Shown here piece after piece: positions 50,540 through 58,799 of a stretch of DNA of 64,000 nucleotides. The DNA is from an uncultured bacterium. Lineage in GTDB: Bacteria; Acidobacteriota; Thermoanaerobaculia; Multivoradales; JAHZIX01. Where the stretch lies: NCBI GenBank assembly GCA_965368975.1, contig CBDUPA010000002.1:457824-521823 (forward strand), given 5' to 3'. Position 1 is the stretch's first letter. Every line of letters starts with the position of its first letter. The notes under the pieces were generated by a model, which saw only the letters and a program-made list of their open reading frames with translations, was not told the origin of the DNA and made no database searches. The position numbers were made by a program, and so were the translations under genes.

Positions 50540-53098
50540 TCATTCCTCTGGGCTCCACTTTTCAAGCACAGCCAAACGGACCTCGTGTCGTTCTGGAAGC
50601 TTGGCCACACAGCGAAGGAGCTCCTCAACAAAAGTAGTGAGCCGAGTCGTGTCGCCAAGAGCTTCCAGCGTTAGGGAAAGATTGTGTATCAAACGCAGGG
50701 AGTCTGGGTGCTCTCGACCAAGAACACGGCGGCTGATCTTGAGTGTCGCCAACTGATGATCACGTGCACCTACATAGTCACCAAGACAGCGAAGCGTTTC
50801 AGCAAGGTTGTTGCGCGAACTAAGGGTGGCCGGATGCTCTTCGCCCAAGACTCGACGACGGACCTCTAGAACAGCTGAATGCTCATCTCGAGCCTTTCCA
50901 TACTCCTCTAGTGACCGAAGTGTTTCGGCAAGGTTGTTGCGCGAATGTAAAGTGCTCGGGTGCTCGTCACCAAGGGTACGGCGACTAATTGCTAACGTTG
51001 CCGAGTGTTCACATCGAGCACCGGCGTAGTTGCCAAGAGAGCGAAGGGTCTCGGCAAGATTATTTCGCGAACGAAGCGTGTCTTGGTTCTCTTCGCCCAG
51101 GACACGACGACGCACTTCTAAAACTGCTGCATGCTCATCTTGAGCGGCCGCATAGTCACCAAGAGAACGAAGAGTCTCTGCAAGATTGCTGCGAGAATGG
51201 AGCGTGGACGGGTGTTCTTCACCCAAGAGACGGCCATAGACCTCAAGTGTTGCTGAGAGTTCATCTCGAGCACCGGTGTAGTCACCAAGCGCACGAAGAG
51301 TCGCGGCAAGATTGTTGCGCGAACGTAGTGTAGCTTGGTGCTCTTCACCTAAAACACTGCGGCAGACTTCTAGAGCCCTTACTTCGAGCTGCCTTGCCAC
51401 TTTGTAGTGCCCTATCGCAAAAACATAGAAACCCGTTTTCCGCAGAATTCGAGCCGGATTCACTTTGAAGACATCAAGGTCAACCTTCCTCCAGTGTTTG
51501 TCTGTTGCCTGGACCTGCGGTAACAACCGCTGGAACTGTGGCCAGCTGATCGGCTCATCAGGTCTTCCCGCTGGCATAGCGGCATCGAGTGCCCTGTGAG
51601 CACACTCCAGTGCCCCGTTCCATTCTCCAGCAGTTTCTAACTGCGCCAGCATCACCTCCTGCACTAGTCGGTGTAGCGAGAGCGTACGAGCTATTCGGTC
51701 CCAAGTCACCAAGGAATAGCGCTGTAACGGTGCCAACACCAACTCAGCAAAGGTCAATGGACACTGCAAATCTTCCTTGACTTCAGCAGCAGCAGGTCCG
51801 AGGTACTCGCCGCCTTGGCTGAAGATCTCTGCAGGGATGTCGAATGGCGCATAGAAAGCACAAGCCCTTAACACTTCGGCTGCAACCGGGGCAGTCTTCT
51901 CCAGCGGCTTGAAGCTGAGGTTCCATGTAGTCGCCACCGTCGCCGGATAGTCTCCAAACTGCGGCGCCTCCTTGTCCAGCAGCTTCAGACGTCGCTTCCG
52001 ATACGCAGCGAGGTAGTCAGCAAAGCTGACTTCGTGAATATCGACATAGGCACCTGCTTGCTCCAAAGCCAACGGTAAGTAACCGAGTTCCTCCGCCAAC
52101 TCCTCGGCAGCTGACCGAGCACCCGCATCCCTCCTAGCTCGCCGAAGAAGCAGATCCGTCGCCTGCTCCGACGGCAGTACACCCACTCCAAGCGGCTCCT
52201 GCCCAAAACCCTGGATCTTCCGATCACGCGACGTCACCAGCAGATGCCCCGAACTAGCAGCCGGCCTGAGAGGTCGAATCTCATCGGGCGCATCAACGTT
52301 GTCGAGCACCAACAGCCAGTCGCCTCGTTCCGACAACCAATGTTGAAACATCTCTGCAGCTTCGTCGACTGGTGTCTCTCGGGTGGTGATTTTGAGTCGC
52401 TGCGCCATCTGCGCATAGCTGGCTCGCAGCGCGTCAGCAGAAGAAGCATCCGCCCAGAAGACATACGGATAGTCAGCGCGATGGCGATAGCAAAACTCGA
52501 CCGCCGTCTGAGTCTTACCGATGCCACCGAGCCCTGTGATCGCCTGCGTCGAGGCCACACGCTTGGCCGCGGCAAGTCGCCGTTCCAGCTCCTCCAGTAA
52601 CTCCTCCCGCCCCGTGAAGAACGGATTGCGAGGCGGCACGTTCCAGAAAGTTCGCGGCTCCTCGTCTGGTCCGAAGAAGCGGGCTTTGACCAGCGGATAC
52701 TCACGAACTCTCTTGTCAAACGACGTGAGCCCCCAAACTTTCAGCTCGAACTCGCCCTGAATCACCTCGACCAGATGTTCTTCCGTCTCACGACTGACCG
52801 GACAGGTCGCCGCCAGCAAGTAGACATCCGGCGAGGGTGTCGGCGGCTTCCTGAGCACCTTCCTCACTTCGTCGGCAGCCTGCGCCTTGCCGAAGCGTTG
52901 CACACGCTTCGCCTGCGTCACCCATCGCCGCCCATCCGGCGCAGTGCTGACGACATCGCAGCCATCCTCACTACCTGCATCGCCCCAGTGGCGCACCTCC
53001 CTATGCCCCATGGCTTCAAGCAACCAGTGACACAGCTCCTCGAACTGCCTCGGAGACAGCTCGAAGTAGTTGAGATGGTGCTCGGTGTAGGCCATCAA
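50540..53098 (-). CDS. STAND NTPase: N-terminal Mrr-like PD-(D/E)xK nuclease, NB-ARC, C-terminal TPR array; candidate anti-phage defence (Avs / bacterial NLR-like) protein; lower-GC gene
   Basis: N-terminus FEELCHWLLEAMGHREV...GSEDGCDVV...RWVTQAKRV (D...QxK restriction-endonuclease-like core). NB-ARC Walker A ITGLGGIGKTQTAVEF, Walker B LLVLDNVD, LLVTSRD, GLPLA-like LGYLPLALEQAGAYV. Then ~7 TPR_12-like repeats (LGEEHPSTLHSRNNLAETLRSLGDYAGAR). GC ~52-59% versus ~68% background. Confidence 0.75.
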   Translation of the reverse strand: MMAYTEHHLNYFELSPRQFEELCHWLLEAMGHREVRHWGDAGSEDGCDVVSTAPDGRRWVTQAKRVQRFGKAQAADEVRKVLRKPPTPSPDVYLLAATCPVSRETEEHLVEVIQGEFELKVWGLTSFDKRVREYPLVKARFFGPDEEPRTFWNVPPRNPFFTGREELLEELERRLAAAKRVASTQAITGLGGIGKTQTAVEFCYRHRADYPYVFWADASSADALRASYAQMAQRLKITTRETPVDEAAEMFQHWLSERGDWLLVLDNVDAPDEIRPLRPAASSGHLLVTSRDRKIQGFGQEPLGVGVLPSEQATDLLLRRARRDAGARSAAEELAEELGYLPLALEQAGAYVDIHEVSFADYLAAYRKRRLKLLDKEAPQFGDYPATVATTWNLSFKPLEKTAPVAAEVLRACAFYAPFDIPAEIFSQGGEYLGPAAAEVKEDLQCPLTFAELVLAPLQRYSLVTWDRIARTLSLHRLVQEVMLAQLETAGEWNGALECAHRALDAAMPAGRPDEPISWPQFQRLLPQVQATDKHWRKVDLDVFKVNPARILRKTGFYVFAIGHYKVARQLEVRALEVCRSVLGEEHQATLRSRNNLAATLRALGDYTGARDELSATLEVYGRLLGEEHPSTLHSRSNLAETLRSLGDYAAAQDEHAAVLEVRRRVLGEENQDTLRSRNNLAETLRSLGNYAGARCEHSATLAISRRTLGDEHPSTLHSRNNLAETLRSLEEYGKARDEHSAVLEVRRRVLGEEHPATLSSRNNLAETLRCLGDYVGARDHQLATLKISRRVLGREHPDSLRLIHNLSLTLEALGDTTRLTTFVEELLRCVAKLPERHEVRLAVLEKWSPEE
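50580..51420 (-). repeat. Tandem ~126-bp nucleotide repeats (about 7 copies) encoding TPR repeats
   Basis: Recurrent caagattgttgcgcgaacg.../aaggttgttgcgcgaa... blocks every ~126 nt; mirrored at protein level by RSRNNLAETLRSLGDY... repeats. Confidence 0.8.
51840..52590 (-). other. NB-ARC NTPase domain
   Basis: GxxGxGKT Walker A, hhhhD Walker B, TTR-like and GLPL-like motifs. Confidence 0.75.
52650..53098 (-). other. Mrr-like restriction endonuclease (PD-(D/E)xK) effector domain of the STAND protein
   Basis: Motif order D (GSEDGCDVV) then QxK (VTQAKR), as in Mrr_cat. Confidence 0.5.
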
Positions 53099-53138
53099 GA
53101 CTCGCTGTGCTCGAAAGTCTCGGGCAGGCCTTAGAAAG

Positions 53139-54212
53139 CTAAGCAGCCTGCCGCGACGTCAAGATCTCCTCGAAGAACCGCTCCACGCCCGCCAAGAACA
53201 CCTCCGGCGTATCCATCACCTGCAACTGACGCCGCAGCTTCAACCCATCCGGAAGCCCGAAGCTGTACCAGCGCGCAAAACTCCGCAGCTTGTGCATGGC
53301 ATCGGTTCGCTCGCGCGTCTCGGCAACGGTGCGGAAGTGATCCAAGATCAACTCCCTGCGATCTTCCAGCGTCGGCTCGCGTAACTGCTTGCCCTCCAGC
53401 CGCGCGGCGATCTGACGGAACAGCCACGGATTCTTGGTCGCACCGCGCCCAACCATGACGCCATCACAGCCGGTCTTCCTGAACATCTCGATGGCATCTT
53501 CCGGCTCTTCGACGTCACCATTGCCGATCACCGGAATCGACAGCGCTTCCTTCAAGCGCGCGATGTGGGTCCAGTCAGCCTCGCCTTTGTACATCTGCTT
53601 GGCGGTGCGGGCGTGCATGGCGACGGCGTCGACGCCTTCAGCGTCGCAGATGCGGCCCAGTTCCAGGTAGTTCCGGCGGTTCACGTCCAGACCGAGACGG
53701 AACTTGACCGTCAACGGGACGCTCACCTGCCGCCGGACATTGACGATGATCGCCTCGGCTAGCTTCAGATCTCCCATCAACGCGGCCCCGGCGCAGCCTT
53801 TGAGCACCTTGTTGGCGGGACAACCCATGTTGATGTCGCACAGGTCGGGGCGCAGGTCCTCGACGATGCGGGCGGCGTCGGCCATGGTGTCGGCGTCGGA
53901 GCCGTAGATCTGGATGGCCAGGGGGCGTTCTTCCTCCTGGAACTGCATCAGGCGGCGCGTGAACTTGCGGCCGCTGGTGATATCGCGAGAGGAGAGGAAT
54001 TCCATCGACACCACACCGACACCGCCGATGCGGCGCACGATGAGGCGAAAGTCGCAATCGGTGATGCCGGCCATGGGGGCCAGCCACAGGGGTGGATCGA
54101 CGGTGACGCGGTGTTCTCCCGTGCCCAGGTGTACGGGGTCGGCGGCGACAGGAGCAGCGGTGTGTTGGCGCGGAGTTTCAGGCATGGTGCAGGTCTGGGT
54201 TGTGCCGGTCAT
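53139..54212 (-). CDS. dus: tRNA-dihydrouridine synthase (DusB-like)
   Basis: LAPMAGITDCDFR, ...DINMGCPANKV..., KFRLG, catalytic Cys; start likely internal to the track ORF (an N-terminal ~30 aa extension). Confidence 0.85.
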   Translation of the reverse strand: MTGTTQTCTMPETPRQHTAAPVAADPVHLGTGEHRVTVDPPLWLAPMAGITDCDFRLIVRRIGGVGVVSMEFLSSRDITSGRKFTRRLMQFQEEERPLAIQIYGSDADTMADAARIVEDLRPDLCDINMGCPANKVLKGCAGAALMGDLKLAEAIIVNVRRQVSVPLTVKFRLGLDVNRRNYLELGRICDAEGVDAVAMHARTAKQMYKGEADWTHIARLKEALSIPVIGNGDVEEPEDAIEMFRKTGCDGVMVGRGATKNPWLFRQIAARLEGKQLREPTLEDRRELILDHFRTVAETRERTDAMHKLRSFARWYSFGLPDGLKLRRQLQVMDTPEVFLAGVERFFEEILTSRQAA

Positions 54213-54271
54213 GGCAGTTCTGCAGGAAAGGCGAATTGTAACGCAGGCACCAGGGCGGTAGGATCGGACGC

Positions 54272-55009
54272 GTGGCCTGGTACAAGGAATGGTTCGACGA
54301 GCAGTATCTCGACCTCTACGCCCACCGCGACGAACGCGAGGCGGAGCGGCAGGTCGATTTCGTCGAGTCCCAGCTCAGTGATGGTCCGCGACCGCGGATG
54401 ATTCTGGACCTGGCCTGCGGGGCCGGGCGCCACTCGGACATCCTGAGCAAGCGTGGCTACCGGGTGGTGGGTGTCGACCTCTCGCTGACCCTACTCGCCG
54501 TCCACCCGGGACCGCGCCGGATCTGCGGCGACATGTGCAGCCTGCCCTTCCACTGCGACAGCTTCGACTGGCTACTCAACTTCTTCACCTCCTTCGGCTA
54601 CTTCGAGCGCGAGCGCCAGAACTTCCAGGTGCTGGAGGAGATCACTCGCGTGCTGCGCCCTGGCGGTCGCTTCCTGCTCGACTTTCTCAACCGCGACGTG
54701 GTGATCAACAACCTGCGGCCCACGGACGTCCAGGAGGACGACAAGCGACGGGTGGAGATCGAGCGCTGGTACGACCCAGCGTCACAGCGCATCAACAAAC
54801 GCATTCGCGTACAACCTCGCGGGGCTGCTCCCCGTACCTACCTCGAGAGCGTGCGCGCCTACTCCCAGGAAGAAGTCACCATCGGGATGCGCTGGGCGGG
54901 ACTGGAAGTCGACACGCTCTTCGGTAGCTTCGACGGAGACTCCTTTCATCGTGACAGCGAACGCCTCATCATCCTCGGGCACAAGCCCATCCTCGGCAGT
55001 GGCCGCTGA
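54272..55009 (+). CDS. Class I SAM-dependent methyltransferase
   Basis: ILDLACGAGRHS (motif I), YRVVGVDLS, LRPGGRFLLD; immediately upstream of, and overlapping, bshC. Confidence 0.75.
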   Translation: MAWYKEWFDEQYLDLYAHRDEREAERQVDFVESQLSDGPRPRMILDLACGAGRHSDILSKRGYRVVGVDLSLTLLAVHPGPRRICGDMCSLPFHCDSFDWLLNFFTSFGYFERERQNFQVLEEITRVLRPGGRFLLDFLNRDVVINNLRPTDVQEDDKRRVEIERWYDPASQRINKRIRVQPRGAAPRTYLESVRAYSQEEVTIGMRWAGLEVDTLFGSFDGDSFHRDSERLIILGHKPILGSGR

Positions 55010-56801
55010 CGCCGCTGCGCGGGATCCTGACGAGTACGGCCTCGGTCCGCTCGTCGCCACGGATCTACCGCGACTCGACTTGCTGGCGGGCGAACGCCTG
55101 GCACCGCTCTCTGCGGCGCTGGTGCGGGGTGAGCAGCGCGAGTTGCTGGCGCCGCTACGCCACCTGACACCGGGCACGCTGCCGGCAGCCATTGCGCCGG
55201 CTGGCAATGAGCCCGCACCGCTCGACCGTTCCGCGCTGGCGGAGGGCCTGGCCATCGCCAATCGTAGCTATGGCCACCCCAAGGCCACGGAACTGGCCGC
55301 CAAGCTGGCGGATCCGGCAACGCGCGTGGTGGTGACGGGGCAGCAGCCGGGGTTGTTCGGCGGTCCGCTGTACACGCTGTCCAAGGCGCTGGCGGCGGCG
55401 CGGTGGGCTGAAGCACTAGAGGCGGCGGCCCTGGAAGAAAGGGCAATAGAGGCGGCGGCCCCGGAAGCTCGGAATGGGGACACCCCCGGACAGCCTGCGG
55501 TGGCGGTCTTCTGGGTAGCCACCGAGGATCACGACTTCCGCGAGGTGGCGACGACGACCGTACTGGGTCCAGACGGGCCGTTGACGTTGACGCTCGGCGA
55601 CGATTCACAGCCGCTGTTGCCGGTCGGCATGCGCAGCCTGGGACCGGGGGTGGAAGAGATCCTGGCGACGCTGCGGGAGCAGCTACCCGGCGACCGCTAC
55701 AGCGACTGGCTGGACGAGGTCGGCCGCTGGTATCGACCGGACGCGCGCTTCGGCGAGTCGTTCTGCCGTCTGCTGGTGCGCTTGCTGGGTGACCGCTGCC
55801 CGCTGATCCTCGACGCGATGTTGCCGGCGGTGAAGGTGGCGCAGCAGCCGTGGTTGCGGCAGCTGGTGGAGCAGCGGCATACGGTGGCCCGCAAGATCGC
55901 CGAGCACGAAGCGAACGTCGAGGCCGCGGGCTTCCCACTGCAGGTGGCGGCCCAGGGCCCCGCGACAGACCCGGAGCCGGAAAGCTCGATTGTCAGTCCG
56001 CTGTTTCTCTTGCACCAGGGGGAGCGTCGACGTATCGAGTGGCAGGGGGAGGACCGGTTCAGCCTGCGCGGCAGCGACGAGCCGGCGCGGCCGGTGGCCG
56101 AACTGTTGCAGCTGCTGGACGACAATCCTCTCCTGGTGAGTCCCGGCGTGCTGGCACGGCCAGCCGTGCAGGACGCGATTCTCGGCACCACGCTGATGGT
56201 GCTGGGCCCGGCCGAGCTCGCCTACATGACGCAGGCTTCCGCGTGCCACAAAATACTCGGCCTCGATGCACAGAACCGGCCCGCCCCCTGGGTGACACTG
56301 CGGCCACAGATCGCGGTGCTCGAACCGCGGCATCTGAATTGGCTCGAGGAGCTGGGGCTGCGCCTGCCGCAGCTGCTGGGCGATCGCGAGACTCTGAACG
56401 CCGAGCTGGCGCGGCGGCACGGCGCCGACTTCGTGGCGCCGATGCAGAAACGCATCCTGGCCCTGCTCGAAGAGCTGCGCGATGCCGCCATCGCGGTTGA
56501 TCCGAATCTGCTCAGCTCGTGGAAGAAGACGCGCGGGCAGGTGGAGAAGGCGCTGGGCATGTTCCAGGGCCGCATCCACCAGGCGGCCGCACGCGCCGAC
56601 GAGACGCGCAACCAGCGACTGGACAACCTGCGGGACACCTTGTTGCCCGCCGGCAAGGGACAGGAGCGGTTGATCTCCTGCATCCACTTCCCGGGCAAGT
56701 ACGGTGACGACTTCGTCGAGGCCTGCTGGCTGCAGCTGGATCTCGACCCGCGGCAGCTGCAGGTGGTGCAGTCCGTACCGCCGCGGGGGAAGCAGCCATG
56801 A
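54951..56801 (+). CDS. bshC: Bacillithiol biosynthesis cysteine-adding enzyme BshC
   Basis: 616 aa with the BshC family core VVVTGQQPGLFGGPLYTLSKALAAARWAE and overall length and topology of YllA/BshC. The start overlaps the upstream methyltransferase gene by 59 nt; exact start uncertain. Confidence 0.7.
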   Translation: MTANASSSSGTSPSSAVAADAAARDPDEYGLGPLVATDLPRLDLLAGERLAPLSAALVRGEQRELLAPLRHLTPGTLPAAIAPAGNEPAPLDRSALAEGLAIANRSYGHPKATELAAKLADPATRVVVTGQQPGLFGGPLYTLSKALAAARWAEALEAAALEERAIEAAAPEARNGDTPGQPAVAVFWVATEDHDFREVATTTVLGPDGPLTLTLGDDSQPLLPVGMRSLGPGVEEILATLREQLPGDRYSDWLDEVGRWYRPDARFGESFCRLLVRLLGDRCPLILDAMLPAVKVAQQPWLRQLVEQRHTVARKIAEHEANVEAAGFPLQVAAQGPATDPEPESSIVSPLFLLHQGERRRIEWQGEDRFSLRGSDEPARPVAELLQLLDDNPLLVSPGVLARPAVQDAILGTTLMVLGPAELAYMTQASACHKILGLDAQNRPAPWVTLRPQIAVLEPRHLNWLEELGLRLPQLLGDRETLNAELARRHGADFVAPMQKRILALLEELRDAAIAVDPNLLSSWKKTRGQVEKALGMFQGRIHQAAARADETRNQRLDNLRDTLLPAGKGQERLISCIHFPGKYGDDFVEACWLQLDLDPRQLQVVQSVPPRGKQP

Positions 56802-57562
56802 GCGAGTCGCGGCAGCCTCAGAAGCTCGACGTACTGGCGATCGGCGCGCATCCGGACGATGTCGAGCTCGGCTGCGGCGGCACGCTCGCCGTGCTGGCAC
56901 AGCAGGGCAAGAAGGTCGGCATCGTGCACCTGACGCGCGGTGAGCGCGGCACGCGCGGCACACCGGAGGAGCGCGAGCAGGAAGCAGGACGCGCGGCGGA
57001 AGCGCTGGGGGCGGAGGTGCTCGAACTCCTCGACTGCGGCGATGGCAGCCTGCGCACCGGTGAGGCGGAGGAAGACGCGCTGATCGAGGTGCTGCGACGC
57101 TACCGGCCGGAGGTCGTGCTCGGTCCGACGCCGCGTGATCGCCATCCGGATCATGGTCGCGCCCACCAGCTGGTGGAAGCCGCGGCCTTCTATGCCGGGC
57201 TGCGTCGACGCGGGGACGATGGGCTGGAGCCGCACCGGCCGGCGGCGGTGTTCAGCTACATGCAGCACGACCCGTTCGACGTGCGCTTCGTGGTCGACGT
57301 GACCGCCGGCTGGCAGCGCAAGTTGCGCTCGCTGGCTGCCTACGACAGTCAGTTGCACGCCACGGCCTTCGGCTCCGAGGACGGCAAGACCACCGACGAA
57401 CCCATGACCAAGGTCGCCACCCCGGAATTCGCCCTCGCCGTCGAGGGACGCGCGCGGCACTTCGGCCAGATGATCGGCGCCACCTTCGGCGAGCCGTTCA
57501 CCTGCCGTCTACCTCTGGCGGTCAGCGATGTACTGACCCTAGCACCCGGAGGGGTGCGATGA
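56798..57562 (+). CDS. bshB: Bacillithiol biosynthesis deacetylase BshB1 (LmbE/PIG-L family)
   Basis: LAIGAHPDDVELGCGGTLA (PIG-L zinc motif), HPDH; ATGA start/stop overlap with bshC. Confidence 0.8.
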   Translation: MSESRQPQKLDVLAIGAHPDDVELGCGGTLAVLAQQGKKVGIVHLTRGERGTRGTPEEREQEAGRAAEALGAEVLELLDCGDGSLRTGEAEEDALIEVLRRYRPEVVLGPTPRDRHPDHGRAHQLVEAAAFYAGLRRRGDDGLEPHRPAAVFSYMQHDPFDVRFVVDVTAGWQRKLRSLAAYDSQLHATAFGSEDGKTTDEPMTKVATPEFALAVEGRARHFGQMIGATFGEPFTCRLPLAVSDVLTLAPGGVR

Positions 57563-57657
57563 GCAATACCGCCCTAGCACCCGGAGGGGTGCGATGAGCA
57601 ATACCGCCCTGGCACCCGGAGGGGTGCGCTAATTGGACCGTGCACCCCTCCGGGTGC
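57542..57657. repeat. 35-bp tandem repeat (2.5 copies) duplicating the bshB 3-prime end and stop codon, ending in a perfect 16-bp inverted repeat
   Basis: gcacccggaggggtgcgatgagcaataccgcccta x2, then gcacccggaggggtgc-gctaattggaccgt-gcacccctccgggtgc. Creates two 12-codon mini-ORFs (MSNTALAPGGVR). Confidence 0.85.
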
Positions 57658-57677
57658 AACGAGAATATGGAGCGCCC

Positions 57678-58799
57678 ATGAAAATCGGTATCAGTTGTTA
57701 TCCGAGCTACGGCGGCTCCGGCGTGGTCGCCTCGGAGCTGGCCATGGCCCTCGCGGCCGGCGGCGACGAAGTGCACGTGATCAGCTATGCGTTGCCGTCG
57801 CGGTTGTTCCTCAACGACCCTCGGCTGCACTACCACGAGGTCGTGGTGCCGCACTATCCGCTGTTCGAGTATCCGCCCTACTCGCTAGCGCTCGCGACCA
57901 AGATGGTCGAGGTAGCACGGCACCAAGAGCTGGACCTCATGCACGTGCACTACGCGGTGCCCAACGCCGTCTCGGCCGTGCTAGCGCGGCAGATGTTGGA
58001 GCCGACACGCCACCTGCCGGTGGTGACGACCTTGCACGGCACCGATATCACGCTGGTCGGCAACGACCCCAACTACCTCGAGACAACTCGCTTCGGCATC
58101 CTGCAGAGCAACGGCGTCACCACTGTGTCGCAGGCGCTCAAGGACGGCACCTGTGAGCACCTGGGCATCAGCCGCGACATCGACGTAATTCCCAATTTCA
58201 TCGATCCGCAACGCTTCAGCAAGGTCAAGGCCGAGGGCTTCGGCGCACGCCGCTGGGCAGAGGGTGGCGACCGCCTGCTGGTGCACATCTCGAACTTCCG
58301 GCCGGTCAAGCGTACCGAGGACGTGGTCGAGATTTTCGCCCGCATCCGGCGCGAGGTGCCCTGCCGGCTCTTGATGGTGGGCGATGGTCCCGAGCGGGCG
58401 CGCGTCGAGAAGCTGTGCCGCGACCATAAGATCTGCCACGCCATCACCTTCATGGGCAACCTGCCACTGATCGAGGAAGTGCTGATCGGGGCGGACCTCT
58501 TCCTGCTGCCTTCGGAAAACGAGAGCTTCGGCCTGGCAGCGCTGGAGGCTCTGGCCTGCGGTGTGCCCGTGATCGCCAGTGATGTCGGTGGCTTGCCGGA
58601 AGTGGTGACCGAAGGCGAGAACGGCTTCCTGCGGCCGGTGGGTGATGTCGACGCGATGGCGGAGGCCGGCATTTCCCTGCTCCAGGACGCCGACCGGCAC
58701 GCGCGCTTCTGCAGGGCGGCGCGCACCCTGGCGGTAGAGCGCTTCGACCAGGACAAGGTGGTCGACCAGTACCGCGAGGCATACCGTAAGGTGCTGTGA
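57678..58799 (+). CDS. bshA: Bacillithiol biosynthesis glycosyltransferase BshA (GT4; N-acetylglucosaminyl-malate synthase)
   Basis: MKIGISCYPSYGGSGVVASELAMALAAGGDEVHVIS..., C-terminal GT4 EX7E region (SENESFGLAALEALACGVPVIASDVGGLPEVV). Start ATG 57678 with GGAG upstream. Confidence 0.8.
   Translation: MKIGISCYPSYGGSGVVASELAMALAAGGDEVHVISYALPSRLFLNDPRLHYHEVVVPHYPLFEYPPYSLALATKMVEVARHQELDLMHVHYAVPNAVSAVLARQMLEPTRHLPVVTTLHGTDITLVGNDPNYLETTRFGILQSNGVTTVSQALKDGTCEHLGISRDIDVIPNFIDPQRFSKVKAEGFGARRWAEGGDRLLVHISNFRPVKRTEDVVEIFARIRREVPCRLLMVGDGPERARVEKLCRDHKICHAITFMGNLPLIEEVLIGADLFLLPSENESFGLAALEALACGVPVIASDVGGLPEVVTEGENGFLRPVGDVDAMAEAGISLLQDADRHARFCRAARTLAVERFDQDKVVDQYREAYRKVL

Noticed and set aside
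57542-57632. Mini-ORFs MSNTALAPGGVR (57559..57597 and 57594..57632) as real small protein genes, or the array as a CRISPR
   Set aside because: They are by-products of a 35-bp tandem duplication of the bshB terminus. There are no unique spacers (the units are contiguous), no leader, and no cas genes, so it is not a CRISPR. No independent RBS; the ATG overlaps the preceding stop as ATGA.
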